A stretch of DNA of 64,000 bases, taken from positions 8,504 through 72,503 of the forward strand of contig JAMOQE010000045.1 in assembly GCA_027064165.1 (NCBI GenBank). Reading direction: 5' to 3'. The notes under the pieces are model-generated. The model was not told where the DNA came from and made no database searches. It saw nothing but the letters and a program-made list of their open reading frames with translations. Each line of letters starts with the position of its first letter. Positions within the stretch are counted from its first letter, which is position 1. This document shows, in pieces, positions 1 to 9,753 of this stretch. A program made the position numbers and the translations under genes. The DNA comes from Thermodesulfatator sp. (GTDB lineage: Bacteria; Desulfobacterota; Thermodesulfobacteria; Thermodesulfobacteriales; Thermodesulfobacteriaceae).

Positions 1-1
1 G

Positions 2-799
2 TATAATGGCTATAACTTCCTTTCAGAGCCCGTTTATAATCCCTTTGACATCTTACTTTTATTAAAAAACAGGAGGTTTCGTTCTTACTGGTTTGAGACA
101 GGTACTCCTACTTTTCTAATCAAGCTACTTTTAGAAAAAAAGATTGCTTTTCCATCTCTTGAACGCCTTGTCACAGGAGAGGAAATTCTTGAAAGCTTTG
201 ATGTAGATCGTATCTATCCTGAAACCATACTTTTTCAAACAGGTTACTTGACCATAAAAGATGTTTATCAAACAGGGCCTATGGAGACTTTTGAACTTTC
301 TTATCCTAATTTGGAAGTTAAAATGAGTTTTAATAACTTTTTGTTAACCACCTTTATTGACCTTTCAGTAAAACAAAAAGGGTTAAGAGATATTTACTTA
401 GCCCTTTCAGAAGGAGAAGTAGAAAAATTAAAAGAAGTTTTCAGGGGTCTTTTTGCAAGTATTCCATATAACTGGTTTCAAAAAAATAATTTAGAAGAGT
501 ATGAAGGGTTTTATGGGAGTGTGTTTTATGCATACTTTAGTGCATTGGGTTTAGATTTAAAGGTGGAGGAAATGACAAATCAGGGAAGGCTTGATATGGC
601 GGTGATATTTGGAGAGAGGGCATATATATTTGAGTTTAAAGTGGTGGACTCCGGAGCAACTCACCAGGCAATAAAGCAACTTAAAGAAAAAAAATATTGG
701 GAAAAATACTCAAAAAAATATAAAGAGGTTTATCTTATCGGGATTGAGTTTAGCAAACAGGAGAGAAACATTGTGAGTTTTGAGGTGGAGAGGATTTGA
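2..799 (+). CDS. AAA-ATPase-like / PD-(D/E)XK nuclease domain protein, 5'-truncated by window edge
   Basis: Frame of the 248..799 ORF is open back to base 2: YNGYNF..VYNPFDIL..YWFETGTPTFL, then LFQTGYLTI, YPNLEV, EGFY, GRLDM..IFEFK..AIKQ..KKY, typical of this family. Confidence 0.85.
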   Translation, partial: YNGYNFLSEPVYNPFDILLLLKNRRFRSYWFETGTPTFLIKLLLEKKIAFPSLERLVTGEEILESFDVDRIYPETILFQTGYLTIKDVYQTGPMETFELSYPNLEVKMSFNNFLLTTFIDLSVKQKGLRDIYLALSEGEVEKLKEVFRGLFASIPYNWFQKNNLEEYEGFYGSVFYAYFSALGLDLKVEEMTNQGRLDMAVIFGERAYIFEFKVVDSGATHQAIKQLKEKKYWEKYSKKYKEVYLIGIEFSKQERNIVSFEVERI

Positions 800-807
800 A
801 GGCAAGC

Positions 808-835
808 TTGACAACCAGGTGTTGTAGAATAGAAT
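808..835 (+). promoter_or_regulatory. putative sigma70 promoter of rph operon
   Basis: TTGACA-16nt-TAGAAT followed by AAGGAG RBS and ATG 848. Confidence 0.5.
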
Positions 836-847
836 AAGGAGTGAATT

Positions 848-1561
848 ATGAGGGCAGATGGAAGGGCTTTTGACGAGATAAGGGAGCTTAAAATAAAGCC
901 AGGATTTTTGAAAAATCCCTTAAGTTCTGTGCTGGTGGAGCTGGGGAATACCATGGTGCTGTGCACAGTGAGCTTAGATGAAAAGGTGCCTCCTTTTCTA
1001 AAGGGCACTGGCACAGGCTGGATCACTGCTGAGTATGCCTTTATTCCTGGTGCCACCTCAGATAGAACTCCCCGTGAGACCATGGGGAGAAAGGGCCGCT
1101 CCATGGAAATCCAGAGGCTTATTGGCAGAACCCTGAGGGCAGTGGTGGATTTAAGTAAGCTCGGAGAGAGAACACTCTGGATTGATTGCGAGGTTTTAAA
1201 TGCAGATGGAGGAACAAGAACCGCCTCTGTAATTGGTGGCTTTGTAGCCTTAAAACTTGCCATAAAAGAGCTCATCGGAAGAGGTGTGATACAGGAAGAT
1301 CCTGTTTTAGAGTACATGGCAGGTATAAGCGTGGGAAAAATTGGAGGAAATTTTCTTTTAGACCTTAGCTATGAAGAGGATGTTGCTGCTGAGGTGGACG
1401 CCAATTTCTTTCTCACAGAGTCAGGCAAGGTGGTAGAAATTCAGGCAGGGGCAGAGAGCATGCCCTTTTCCTGGGAAGACTTTGAGAGGATGAAAGAGCT
1501 TGCTGAAAAAGGCATAAAAGAAATTATTCAAAAACAAAAAAAGGTTCTGGAGAATGGATAA
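848..1561 (+). CDS. rph: ribonuclease PH
   Basis: MRADGR, GWITAEY, EIQRLIGRTLRA, ADGGTRTAS motifs. Confidence 0.97.
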   Translation: MRADGRAFDEIRELKIKPGFLKNPLSSVLVELGNTMVLCTVSLDEKVPPFLKGTGTGWITAEYAFIPGATSDRTPRETMGRKGRSMEIQRLIGRTLRAVVDLSKLGERTLWIDCEVLNADGGTRTASVIGGFVALKLAIKELIGRGVIQEDPVLEYMAGISVGKIGGNFLLDLSYEEDVAAEVDANFFLTESGKVVEIQAGAESMPFSWEDFERMKELAEKGIKEIIQKQKKVLENG

Positions 1562-2165
1562 GGTAATTCTAATTGCCAGCTCAAACCAGGGAAAAATAAG
1601 AGAAATTTCTGCTTTGCTTTCTCCTTATGGATTTAAAATAAAAACCCTGAAGGACTTTCCTGAAATTCCTCCTCCAGAAGAAACTGGAAAAAGCTTTTTT
1701 GAAAATGCACTTCTTAAGGCAAAATATTATACAGAAAAGACCGGGCTTGCTTCTCTTGCTGATGACTCAGGGCTTGAAGTGGATGCCTTAGATGGTGCTC
1801 CAGGAATTTACTCAGCAAGATTTGCAGGAGAAAATGCAACTGACGAAGATAACAACAAAAAACTCCTTGAGCTTTTAAAGGATGTACCAGAGGAAAAGCG
1901 GACTGCAAGATTTGTGTGCGTGATGGTGCTTTATCATCCTTCTGGAAAGTACTTAGTGGCTGAAGGAGTGTGGGAAGGAAAAATTGCCACCTCTCCAAGG
2001 GGAACTCATGGATTTGGTTATGATCCTCTGTTTCTGGTGAAAGAGCTGGAGTATAAAAAAACATCAGCAGAACTCTTGCCAGAAGAGAAAAATCGTTTAA
2101 GTCACAGGGCAAAGGCTTTAAAAGAGCTCGTTCAAAAAATCCCTGAGTTCTGGAAAGAGCTTTGA
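1554..2165 (+). CDS. rdgB: XTP/dITP diphosphatase (Ham1 family)
   Basis: SSNQGKIRE, ADDSGL, GAPGIYSARF, GFGYDPLF, SHRAKA; follows rph. Confidence 0.96.
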   Translation: MDKVILIASSNQGKIREISALLSPYGFKIKTLKDFPEIPPPEETGKSFFENALLKAKYYTEKTGLASLADDSGLEVDALDGAPGIYSARFAGENATDEDNNKKLLELLKDVPEEKRTARFVCVMVLYHPSGKYLVAEGVWEGKIATSPRGTHGFGYDPLFLVKELEYKKTSAELLPEEKNRLSHRAKALKELVQKIPEFWKEL

Positions 2166-2863
2166 AACTTCCAGCAGAGCTGATTTATCCTGAAAACCTG
2201 ATCTCTCAAGATATTATTGCTTTTTTTTCAAAAAAACTGCCTATCAATTTTTCTTTTGAGAACTTTAAGCCAGAAGGCTTTGAGCTTTTTCTTCCCCGTC
2301 AGATTCACAGTGCCAAGGTAGTGGAAGTAAACGCACCTTCTGTGTTTGAAATAAAAGCTGATGCAGGGTTTACTATGAAAAAAGGGCTTCTGATAGGAGT
2401 GCTCACCGCAGATTGTCTTCCTGTGCTCTTTAAAAGTGAGACATCACAAAATAGACTTATAGTTGGTGCTGTTCATGCAGGCTGGAGAGGCTCAGTGAAA
2501 AAAATCCTTTTTCATGCTTTAAAACGGGTTTTTACAGAAAAAAAGGGGCTTCCAGAAAAGACTTTCGTGGCCTTTGGTCCACACATAAAAAGCTGTTGTT
2601 ATGAAGTAAAAAAGGATGTTCTGGAAGAGGTGAAAAAAAGTTTTGGCACAATTGAGTCTTTTGTAGAAAAAAGAGAGAATGCCTATTTTTTGAGCCTTTT
2701 AAAGCTTAATCTTTTTCAAGTAAAAGAACTTGGCATTCCGGAGAAAAATATATGGATCTGTGAAGACTGTACTTTTTGTAAAAGCGATGAATACTGGTCC
2801 TATAGAAAGGATGGAGAAAAAAGAGGTTCCCAAATTTCCCTTATAGGGATAAGAAAATGCTGA
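2162..2863 (+). CDS. pgeF: peptidoglycan editing factor / YfiH-family purine nucleoside phosphorylase
   Basis: QIHS, TADCLPV, HAGWRG, GPHI..CCYEV, CTFC..YWSYR. Confidence 0.9.
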   Translation: MKLPAELIYPENLISQDIIAFFSKKLPINFSFENFKPEGFELFLPRQIHSAKVVEVNAPSVFEIKADAGFTMKKGLLIGVLTADCLPVLFKSETSQNRLIVGAVHAGWRGSVKKILFHALKRVFTEKKGLPEKTFVAFGPHIKSCCYEVKKDVLEEVKKSFGTIESFVEKRENAYFLSLLKLNLFQVKELGIPEKNIWICEDCTFCKSDEYWSYRKDGEKRGSQISLIGIRKC

Positions 2864-4131
2864 GAGGGATTTACTCTCTTTTTTACATAGGAGTATATCC
2901 ATTCTTTTTACCAAGGGAGTTTTTAAAAAAGCCAAAGGAGCTGAGAACGACCTGGATAAAAGAGAGATTTGCCCTTTATACAAAAGCTTATTTTTCCTCT
3001 CTTAAGAGAAAGAAAGTCTGGATTCATGCTGTTTCAGTGGGAGAGGTCCTGGCAGTGGTGCCTCTTGTAAAAAGGCTTTCAGAGGAGTTTGATGTGGTGC
3101 TAAGCACCATTACTGAGACAGGAAGAGAGGTGGCTTTAAATAAGCTTAAAGGGCTCCCTGTTAAAGTGATATTTTTGCCTGTTGATTGCCCCTTTGCGGT
3201 AAGGAGGGCAATTTCTGCTATAAAGCCCTCCATGCTTCTTATTGCTGAAACTGAAATCTGGCCAAATTTAATAATGGAAGCAGTAAAAAAAATGCCAGTT
3301 GCCCTTATAAATGCAAGGCTCTCTGAGAAGTCTTATAAGCGTTATAAAAAACTCTCTTTTTTCTTTGCTCCAATTTTGAATAGCCTTTCCTTTATAGGAG
3401 TTCAAGAAAAGATTTATGCTGAAAGGTTTGCAGATATTGGAGTTAAACCTGAGAAACTTTATCTTACTGGAAATGTAAAATTTGATCTTGAGATAAAAGA
3501 TGAATCCTTCCCCTGGGCAAAACAGCTTCCAAGTCCTGTTATAATTGCAGGGAGCACCCATCACCCAGAGGAAAAACTGATTCTTGAGTCGTTTTTGAAT
3601 GTATTTTCAGAAGGAACCCTCATTCTTGCGCCAAGACATCCACAAAGACTGGAAGAGGTGAAAAATTTGGTAAAAAGTCAGCTCAAGCCAGGAGCAGGTT
3701 TTACTCCCTTGACTCAGCTGGAAAAGGGAGAACTTCCCCAGGGGAATCCCTTTATAATTCTTGTTGACAAAATGGGGGTGCTTGGAGCCCTTTATAGAAT
3801 CTGTGATCTTGCCATTATAGGAGGAAGTTTTATCCCTCACGGTGGACAAAATCCCCTTGAGGCAATTTACTGGAAAAAGCCTGTGATTTTCGGCCCTTCT
3901 ATGGAAAATTTTCCTTTTATCAAAGAATTTCTGGAAAAAGGGCTCTGCTTTCAGACAGATTCCTCTGCCCTTCCCTCTTTACTTAAAACTTTCAAAAAAG
4001 CACCTCAAGAGTTTGAAAAAGTCGGTGAAAAGGCATATAAGCTTTTAAAAGAAAAAAGCGGAGCCACAAAAAAAACTTTTGACCTTGTGAAAAAATATTT
4101 TTGTCTTACAAAATCCAGAGTCTCTGAATAA
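2857..4131 (+). CDS. waaA: 3-deoxy-D-manno-octulosonic acid (Kdo) transferase
   Basis: WIHAVSVGE, ETEIWPN, INARLS, GNVKFD, GSTH, APRHPQR, GGQNPLEA. Confidence 0.96.
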   Translation: MLRGIYSLFYIGVYPFFLPREFLKKPKELRTTWIKERFALYTKAYFSSLKRKKVWIHAVSVGEVLAVVPLVKRLSEEFDVVLSTITETGREVALNKLKGLPVKVIFLPVDCPFAVRRAISAIKPSMLLIAETEIWPNLIMEAVKKMPVALINARLSEKSYKRYKKLSFFFAPILNSLSFIGVQEKIYAERFADIGVKPEKLYLTGNVKFDLEIKDESFPWAKQLPSPVIIAGSTHHPEEKLILESFLNVFSEGTLILAPRHPQRLEEVKNLVKSQLKPGAGFTPLTQLEKGELPQGNPFIILVDKMGVLGALYRICDLAIIGGSFIPHGGQNPLEAIYWKKPVIFGPSMENFPFIKEFLEKGLCFQTDSSALPSLLKTFKKAPQEFEKVGEKAYKLLKEKSGATKKTFDLVKKYFCLTKSRVSE

Positions 4132-4236
4132 GTAAACTCTTTTTATTGTCGCATTTCTGGTATTGCAAAATGTGTTTTTTACTTTAATTTTTTTATTTCA
4201 ATACATGATTTAATCCTTAAAAAAAGGAGGACGTGT

Positions 4237-5820
4237 ATGGAATTTTTAATAGCAATTTTACCTATCTTAGTAGTTCTCATAGGCATGGTATTTTTTCACC
4301 GCTCAGGCACTTTTGTCTCAATTATAGGATGGATTCTTACAGCAATTGTAGCAGTTTATTATTTCAAAACTCCCTGGAATGTGGTTTGGGGAGCAAGTCT
4401 TGTGGGAATCGTAAAGGCACTTGGCATTACCCTGGCAGTAACCTTTACCATGCTCTTAATTTTTATCATGAAGGAAACAGGGGCTTTAAAAACAATCATT
4501 GACTATGTAAAAGGCATTACCAGGACAAAAGAGGAACAGGCGCTTTTCATTGGAATGGGTTTTGGCTCTCTCAGTACTGCCCTTGGAATGGTGACTCCTG
4601 CTATGTTTCCCCCAATCTTTAGACTGCTTGGATTTGCTCCAATAGCCGCCATTGGTATAAGTATTCTCTGTTATGATCCCCTCACTTCTTTTGCCCTGTT
4701 TTCTATTCCGGTTACCCTGCCTGCAAAAGTTGCTACGCTCTTTGGAATAAAACCACCCGGTATCACTAATGTGCACGAGTTTATCTGGGATTTCGCCTAT
4801 AAAATTACTGTATTTTTACCACCTGTTTCTGTAATGTTTGCCTTTTTAATGCTTCTTATGGTGGGTGGAACACAGGCAATGAAAAGACATTGGGTAGCTG
4901 CCTTACTCTCAGGGCTTGTCCTTTCTGGCACTGCGTTTTTAATAGCCAGATTTAGAATTCTTCCGGTTGAGACCATTGGCATTGCAGCAGGTTTTACAAC
5001 CATGCTTTTTACTTACTTTTATTACAGAAGTAAGGTACAAGACCACTCAGAAAGGCCTCGTTTTGGCGGAAAAGTCTTTAAAGCAGCCTCTCCTTTTATT
5101 CTGCTTATTCTCTTTTCCATAGTGGTGAACATTCCTTCTGTGAAAAAAACACTTGCCAATGTATTAGGGAGTGCTGAAGTATTTCACCTTTTTGCTCAGC
5201 ACAAAGTAGATCTCAATATATTTGCCCATGTATGGTTTTGGATTTTTGTAGTATGTATCCTTTCTATATTTATTTTAAGGCCCTCTTCTGAGCAACTTGA
5301 GAATGCTTTTAGCACCTGGATAAAAAGAATCTGGGGGCCATTTATTGCTTACTCCCTCTTCTTTGCTGTGGCCTTTATCATGGCCTGGTCTGCTATGGAG
5401 GTGGTAAATGGCAAACTCACTCCTGGTCCGTATTTCAAAACCCACAATATGGATATGATTATTGCCATGACACTTAAAGACATCTTTGGCAAAGCCTATC
5501 CCCTTATTGCGCCATTTTTAGGACTTATAGGTGCCTTTGTGGGAGGAAGCGAAACTGCCTCCAATGTACTCTTTGCCAAAATTCAATGGGGAGCCACTGT
5601 TTCAACCCTTGGAGCACAGGCCTTTATGTGGATCTATGCTGCTCATGCAGTAGGTGGTGGAATTGCTTCTGCTATTACTCCTTCTAAAATAACCAATGCT
5701 GCTGCAACCATAGGAGTTAGCGGAAGAGAAGAGGGCAGATTTATCAAGGCTGTAATTTTCCCTGTACTTTTTATGGTGCTTGTAACTGGAATTATTCTCA
5801 CTCTTATTGTATATTTTTAA
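4237..5820 (+). CDS. lctP: L-lactate permease family transporter
   Basis: 527 aa polytopic membrane protein with PFLGLIGAFVGGSETASNVLF and GGGIASAITPSKI LctP-type motifs; AAGGAGG RBS. Confidence 0.8.
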   Translation: MEFLIAILPILVVLIGMVFFHRSGTFVSIIGWILTAIVAVYYFKTPWNVVWGASLVGIVKALGITLAVTFTMLLIFIMKETGALKTIIDYVKGITRTKEEQALFIGMGFGSLSTALGMVTPAMFPPIFRLLGFAPIAAIGISILCYDPLTSFALFSIPVTLPAKVATLFGIKPPGITNVHEFIWDFAYKITVFLPPVSVMFAFLMLLMVGGTQAMKRHWVAALLSGLVLSGTAFLIARFRILPVETIGIAAGFTTMLFTYFYYRSKVQDHSERPRFGGKVFKAASPFILLILFSIVVNIPSVKKTLANVLGSAEVFHLFAQHKVDLNIFAHVWFWIFVVCILSIFILRPSSEQLENAFSTWIKRIWGPFIAYSLFFAVAFIMAWSAMEVVNGKLTPGPYFKTHNMDMIIAMTLKDIFGKAYPLIAPFLGLIGAFVGGSETASNVLFAKIQWGATVSTLGAQAFMWIYAAHAVGGGIASAITPSKITNAAATIGVSGREEGRFIKAVIFPVLFMVLVTGIILTLIVYF

Positions 5821-5830
5821 AAAATTCAAA

Positions 5831-5861
5831 AGTGGCAGGGTTGTTATCTCCCCCTGCCACT
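5831..5861. terminator. stem-loop after lctP
   Basis: AGTGGCAGGG-11nt-CCCTGCCACT inverted repeat; U-tract only on the minus strand, so it may be a stabilising hairpin. Confidence 0.55.
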
Positions 5862-5880
5862 AAATTAACCTGGAGGAAAG

Positions 5881-6846
5881 ATGTCCAAAATAATAGTTAC
5901 AGGAGCAGCTGGATTTATTGGAGCAAATCTGGTAAGAGCCCTTAATAGAAAAGGAGAAGACAGGCTTATTTTAGTGGATCACATCGCAGAGTCTGAAAAG
6001 TGGAAAAATCTTCTGGAAGTTAAATTCCTTGATTATTTTGACAAAGAAGAGTTTTTGCCTCTTCTGGAAAAAGGCTATTTTGGAAAAATAAAAGCCATTT
6101 TTCACCTTGGAGCCTGCAGTGATACCACAGTAAAAGATGTCAACTACTTGATTGAAAATAATTATAGATACTCTCAAAGGCTTGCTCTTTTTGCCATAAA
6201 AAAGGGAATTACTTTTATTTATGCCTCTTCTGCTGCCACCTATGGAGACGGGAGCCTGGGATTTTCTGATGATCACGAGCTAATTCCCAGGTTAAAGCCC
6301 TTAAATCCTTATGGTTTTTCCAAGCAGCTTTTTGACCTCTGGCTTTATTACAATGGCCTTCTTGAAAGAGTTGTGGGCCTAAAATACTTCAATGTATTTG
6401 GAGAAAGGGAGTTTCATAAAGGAGAAATGCGAAGTGTTGTTCTTAAAGCCTACGAGCAAATAAAAGAGACCGGGAAAGTAAGGCTTTTTAAGTCCTATCA
6501 TCCTGATTTTGCTGATGGAGAGCAGAAAAGGGACTTTGTCTATGTGCAGGATGCTGTTGAGATGACTCTTTTTTTCTTGGAGCATCCAGAGGCAAAAGGA
6601 ATTTTCAATGTAGGAACTGGGAAGGCAAGGAGCTTTAATGATCTTGTAAAAGCTGTTTTTAAAGCTTTGGGACTTTCTCCAAACATAGAGTACATAGAAA
6701 TGCCAGAGAAAATAAGGAATCAATATCAATACTTCACACAGGCAGATATTAGCAAAATCCGCAGGGCAGGCTATAATAAACCCATAACAGAGCTTGAAGA
6801 GGCTGTGGAAAAGTATGTAAAATTTTTAGAGACAGAGAAATGGTAA
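5881..6846 (+). CDS. rfaD: ADP-L-glycero-D-manno-heptose 6-epimerase
   Basis: IIVTGAAGFIG, HLGACSDTT, YASSAATYG, PLNPYGFSK, YFNVFG..EFHKG.M.S, YQYFTQA. Confidence 0.96.
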   Translation: MSKIIVTGAAGFIGANLVRALNRKGEDRLILVDHIAESEKWKNLLEVKFLDYFDKEEFLPLLEKGYFGKIKAIFHLGACSDTTVKDVNYLIENNYRYSQRLALFAIKKGITFIYASSAATYGDGSLGFSDDHELIPRLKPLNPYGFSKQLFDLWLYYNGLLERVVGLKYFNVFGEREFHKGEMRSVVLKAYEQIKETGKVRLFKSYHPDFADGEQKRDFVYVQDAVEMTLFFLEHPEAKGIFNVGTGKARSFNDLVKAVFKALGLSPNIEYIEMPEKIRNQYQYFTQADISKIRRAGYNKPITELEEAVEKYVKFLETEKW

Positions 6847-6847
6847 A

Positions 6848-7651
6848 ATGGAAGAAGGCTCAATTTTAGAAACCTTAAAAGGACTATTCAAAAAAAAGCC
6901 AAGAGAAACAGAAGAAGTTAAAGAAGAGCTAAAAGAAGTCATTGAAGACCTCAAAGAAGATAAGCTTCTTACTCCTTTAGAAGAAAAACTATTTCTTGAC
7001 CTTCTGAGACTTAGAGAGCTCAGAGTAAGAGATTTAACTATACCCAGGCATCTTCTCAAGGGACTTGATGAAAAAAAGCCTTGGAGAGAGTTAAAGAAAG
7101 TAGTAATTTCTCATCCTCACCACTTTTATCCTGTCTATCAGGAAGTGCTGGATAATTTCACAGGGTATGTGTCTTTAAAAGACCTTGTTCCTGGACTTGT
7201 AAAAGAAGAATTTGACTGGAAGCTTTATATTAAACCAGCCCTTACACTTCCAGAACACATTTCCTTAAACTTTGCTCTTGAAAAGCTGGTTAAAAAAAAG
7301 CTAAAAATAGCCTTTGTAGTGGATGAACTTTCTGAGCTTTCAGGAATCTTAAGATTAAAAGACATTATGAAAGAACTCATGTCTGAAGAAGCATGCCCAT
7401 TTTCAAAAGATAAAGATGGCTGGTTCTTGATACCCGGAACTACCAAAATAAAAGATTTGGAAAAATGTTTAAATGTTTCTTTCCCTGAAGGTAATTTTGA
7501 AACTATTTCAGGATTTGTAATTGATGTTATCCAAAGGATTCCCCGACCAGGAGAGGAGTTTTTTATTCCTCCTTTTGAAGTAAAAATCATCTCTGCAGAT
7601 AAAAGGAAAATAGACTTACTCAAGCTAAAACTCCGTGAAAAAAATTCTTGA
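6848..7651 (+). CDS. CBS + CorC/HlyC transporter-associated domain protein
   Basis: Tandem CBS-like segments (VRDLTIPR, AFVVDE..GIL.LKDI) and C-terminal FETISGFV..RIP..GE; precedes lnt as corC usually does. Confidence 0.8.
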   Translation: MEEGSILETLKGLFKKKPRETEEVKEELKEVIEDLKEDKLLTPLEEKLFLDLLRLRELRVRDLTIPRHLLKGLDEKKPWRELKKVVISHPHHFYPVYQEVLDNFTGYVSLKDLVPGLVKEEFDWKLYIKPALTLPEHISLNFALEKLVKKKLKIAFVVDELSELSGILRLKDIMKELMSEEACPFSKDKDGWFLIPGTTKIKDLEKCLNVSFPEGNFETISGFVIDVIQRIPRPGEEFFIPPFEVKIISADKRKIDLLKLKLREKNS

Positions 7652-9185
7652 GTATTTAATTATTTCTATCAGTGGTACCCTGCTTGCCCTCTCCTTTCCT
7701 AAATATAACTTTTACATATTTTCTCTTTTTTCTTTGGTGCCAATTTTTTACTTTCTTGAACAACTGAACCCTATAGTTGCTGGATTTGCATGGAGTATGC
7801 CCTATTTTTTTATCCTTCTTTACTGGCTGCCCTACACCATTGAAAAATACGGAAATTTAAGTCCTTTTTTAAGCTGGGGGGTGCTCTTTCTTCTCTCACT
7901 CTATCTTTCCATTTTTTATGCCTTCCTTTTCTATGCAATAAAAATTGCAAGACTTCTCAAAAATCCTACTTTTTTTAAAGGACTCGTGGTTGGTTTTCTC
8001 TGGTGTGGCACAGAATTTTTAAGGGCCAATATTTTGACTGGATTCTCCTGGGGAGAGCTTGGTTATCTCTTAAGCAATTTTCCCCTTCTCCTGCAGATTG
8101 CTGACATTTTCGGCATCTGGGGGCTAAGCCTTGTCGTGATATTAATAAACTACTTTTTTTTCTTTCTTTTTTGTAATAAAATTTGCGTCAAAAATAAGGT
8201 TTCTTTCCTTCTTTTTCTCTCTTTCTTTTCTTTTTTGATTTTCTATGGAATCTGGTGTAAAGCCCATTTTTCAAAAATTATTAAAAAAGCACCTGAAATA
8301 AGAGTTGCTATTCTTCAGGGAAATATCCCTCAAGAAATAAAAAACGAAAGCGATATTTCCTATTCTCTAAATACCTATCTTGAGATGTTTGTACAAATTC
8401 CTCCCGATACAGAACTTGTACTTACCCCTGAAACTGCCCTGCCCTTCTTTTTTCCGGACGATCCACCTTCCATGCCTGTTCTCAATTTTTTTAAAAAGAA
8501 AAAAAGCACATTTGTAATAGGGGCTTTCCGCCTGGGAAAAAAACAAAATCTTTCACCAAAATATTACAATACCCTTTTTGTAATAAAAAATGGACAAATA
8601 GTGGATTTTTATGACAAAGAAAAGCTTGTGCCTTTTGGAGAGTATGTGCCTCTTGCCAATTATTTAAGTTTTTTGAAAAAATTTACAGTGGGTTTAACTT
8701 CCCTTAGCCCTGGTTATGGAAAAAATTTAAAACTCCCGCTTGCAAAAGAAAAAATTTCTGCCACTCCTCTTATCTGCTTTGAAAGTGCCTTTTCAGAACT
8801 TTTAAGAAAGCGAGTAAAAGAAAGTCAACTTGTACTTATAGCCACAAATGATGCCTGGTTTGACAAAAGCTCTGCCCCTTTTCAGCATTTTCAAATGGCC
8901 ATCGTAAGGGCAGTTGAAGCAAGAAAATACATCCTTCAGGCAGCAAATACAGGAATTTCAGGCATAATTGATCCCCTGGGAAAGGTCATAAAAAAAAGCA
9001 GACTAAATCAAAGAATAATTCTTTACGGAAAAGTAAGACTTATAAAAAAAGAGCCCCTTTTTGCTACTTTTGGAGATATTCTGGGAAAAAGCGGGGCACT
9101 TTTGCTTATTCTTCTGTTAATTTACCTTCCCTTAAAAAATAAGTTTTCCAGGAAAGCTCTCTCACCAGATCTTTATCGTGAGTAA
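7635..9185 (+). CDS. lnt: apolipoprotein N-acyltransferase
   Basis: N-terminal TM helices; QGNI, PETA, YDKEKLVPFGEY, PLICFE, TNDAWF, RAVE, ANTGISG. Confidence 0.96.
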   Translation: MKKILEYLIISISGTLLALSFPKYNFYIFSLFSLVPIFYFLEQLNPIVAGFAWSMPYFFILLYWLPYTIEKYGNLSPFLSWGVLFLLSLYLSIFYAFLFYAIKIARLLKNPTFFKGLVVGFLWCGTEFLRANILTGFSWGELGYLLSNFPLLLQIADIFGIWGLSLVVILINYFFFFLFCNKICVKNKVSFLLFLSFFSFLIFYGIWCKAHFSKIIKKAPEIRVAILQGNIPQEIKNESDISYSLNTYLEMFVQIPPDTELVLTPETALPFFFPDDPPSMPVLNFFKKKKSTFVIGAFRLGKKQNLSPKYYNTLFVIKNGQIVDFYDKEKLVPFGEYVPLANYLSFLKKFTVGLTSLSPGYGKNLKLPLAKEKISATPLICFESAFSELLRKRVKESQLVLIATNDAWFDKSSAPFQHFQMAIVRAVEARKYILQAANTGISGIIDPLGKVIKKSRLNQRIILYGKVRLIKKEPLFATFGDILGKSGALLLILLLIYLPLKNKFSRKALSPDLYRE

Positions 9186-9753
9186 CAACTATTACACTTT
9201 TGTCAGTATTCTTAAGAAATTCTACCAAAATTCTAAAATTTTTTTCATCAAGGCCATTTGAAGGCTCATCCATAATAAGAAGCTCAGGCTCCATAGTAAG
9301 CACACAGGCAATAGACACAATTCTTTTTTCTCCTCCTGAAAGTTCATAAGTATTCTTATGACGAAGATGTTCAATGTTAAAAAACGCCAAAATTTCGCTC
9401 ACTTTTTCTTTTATCCTTTTTCTATCCCATCCGAGATTTAAAGGACCAAAGGCAAGCTCTTCCTCAACAGTTGGAGAAAATAACTGATCATCAGGGTTTT
9501 GAAAAACATAGCCTACATTTTTTCTAAGTTCTTGAAAATCCTTTTCATTGGCTACCACTTTTCCTTTAAACTTGATTTGGCCTTTTTGAAAAGGCACAAA
9601 ACCCATTATAGTTTCAATGAGAGTGGTTTTTCCAGCTCCATTTGGCCCAAGGATAAAAACTTTTTCTCCAGAAGAGAGGGAAAAACTGATTTTGTTTAAT
9701 ATTATCTGCTCTTTTAAAATTACAGTAAGATTATTCAGACTTAGAAGAGACAT
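9106..9753 (-). CDS. cbiO: ECF Co/Ni transporter ATPase
   Basis: GPNGAGKTT, VFQNPDDQLF.PTV.EE.AFGP.NLG, LSGGEK, MDEP. Confidence 0.9.
   Translation of the reverse strand: MSLLSLNNLTVILKEQIILNKISFSLSSGEKVFILGPNGAGKTTLIETIMGFVPFQKGQIKFKGKVVANEKDFQELRKNVGYVFQNPDDQLFSPTVEEELAFGPLNLGWDRKRIKEKVSEILAFFNIEHLRHKNTYELSGGEKRIVSIACVLTMEPELLIMDEPSNGLDEKNFRILVEFLKNTDKSVIVVTHDKDLVRELSWKTYFLREGKLTEE

Noticed and set aside
730..1317. 195-aa minus-strand ORF
   Set aside because: Antisense shadow of rph; no motif or RBS
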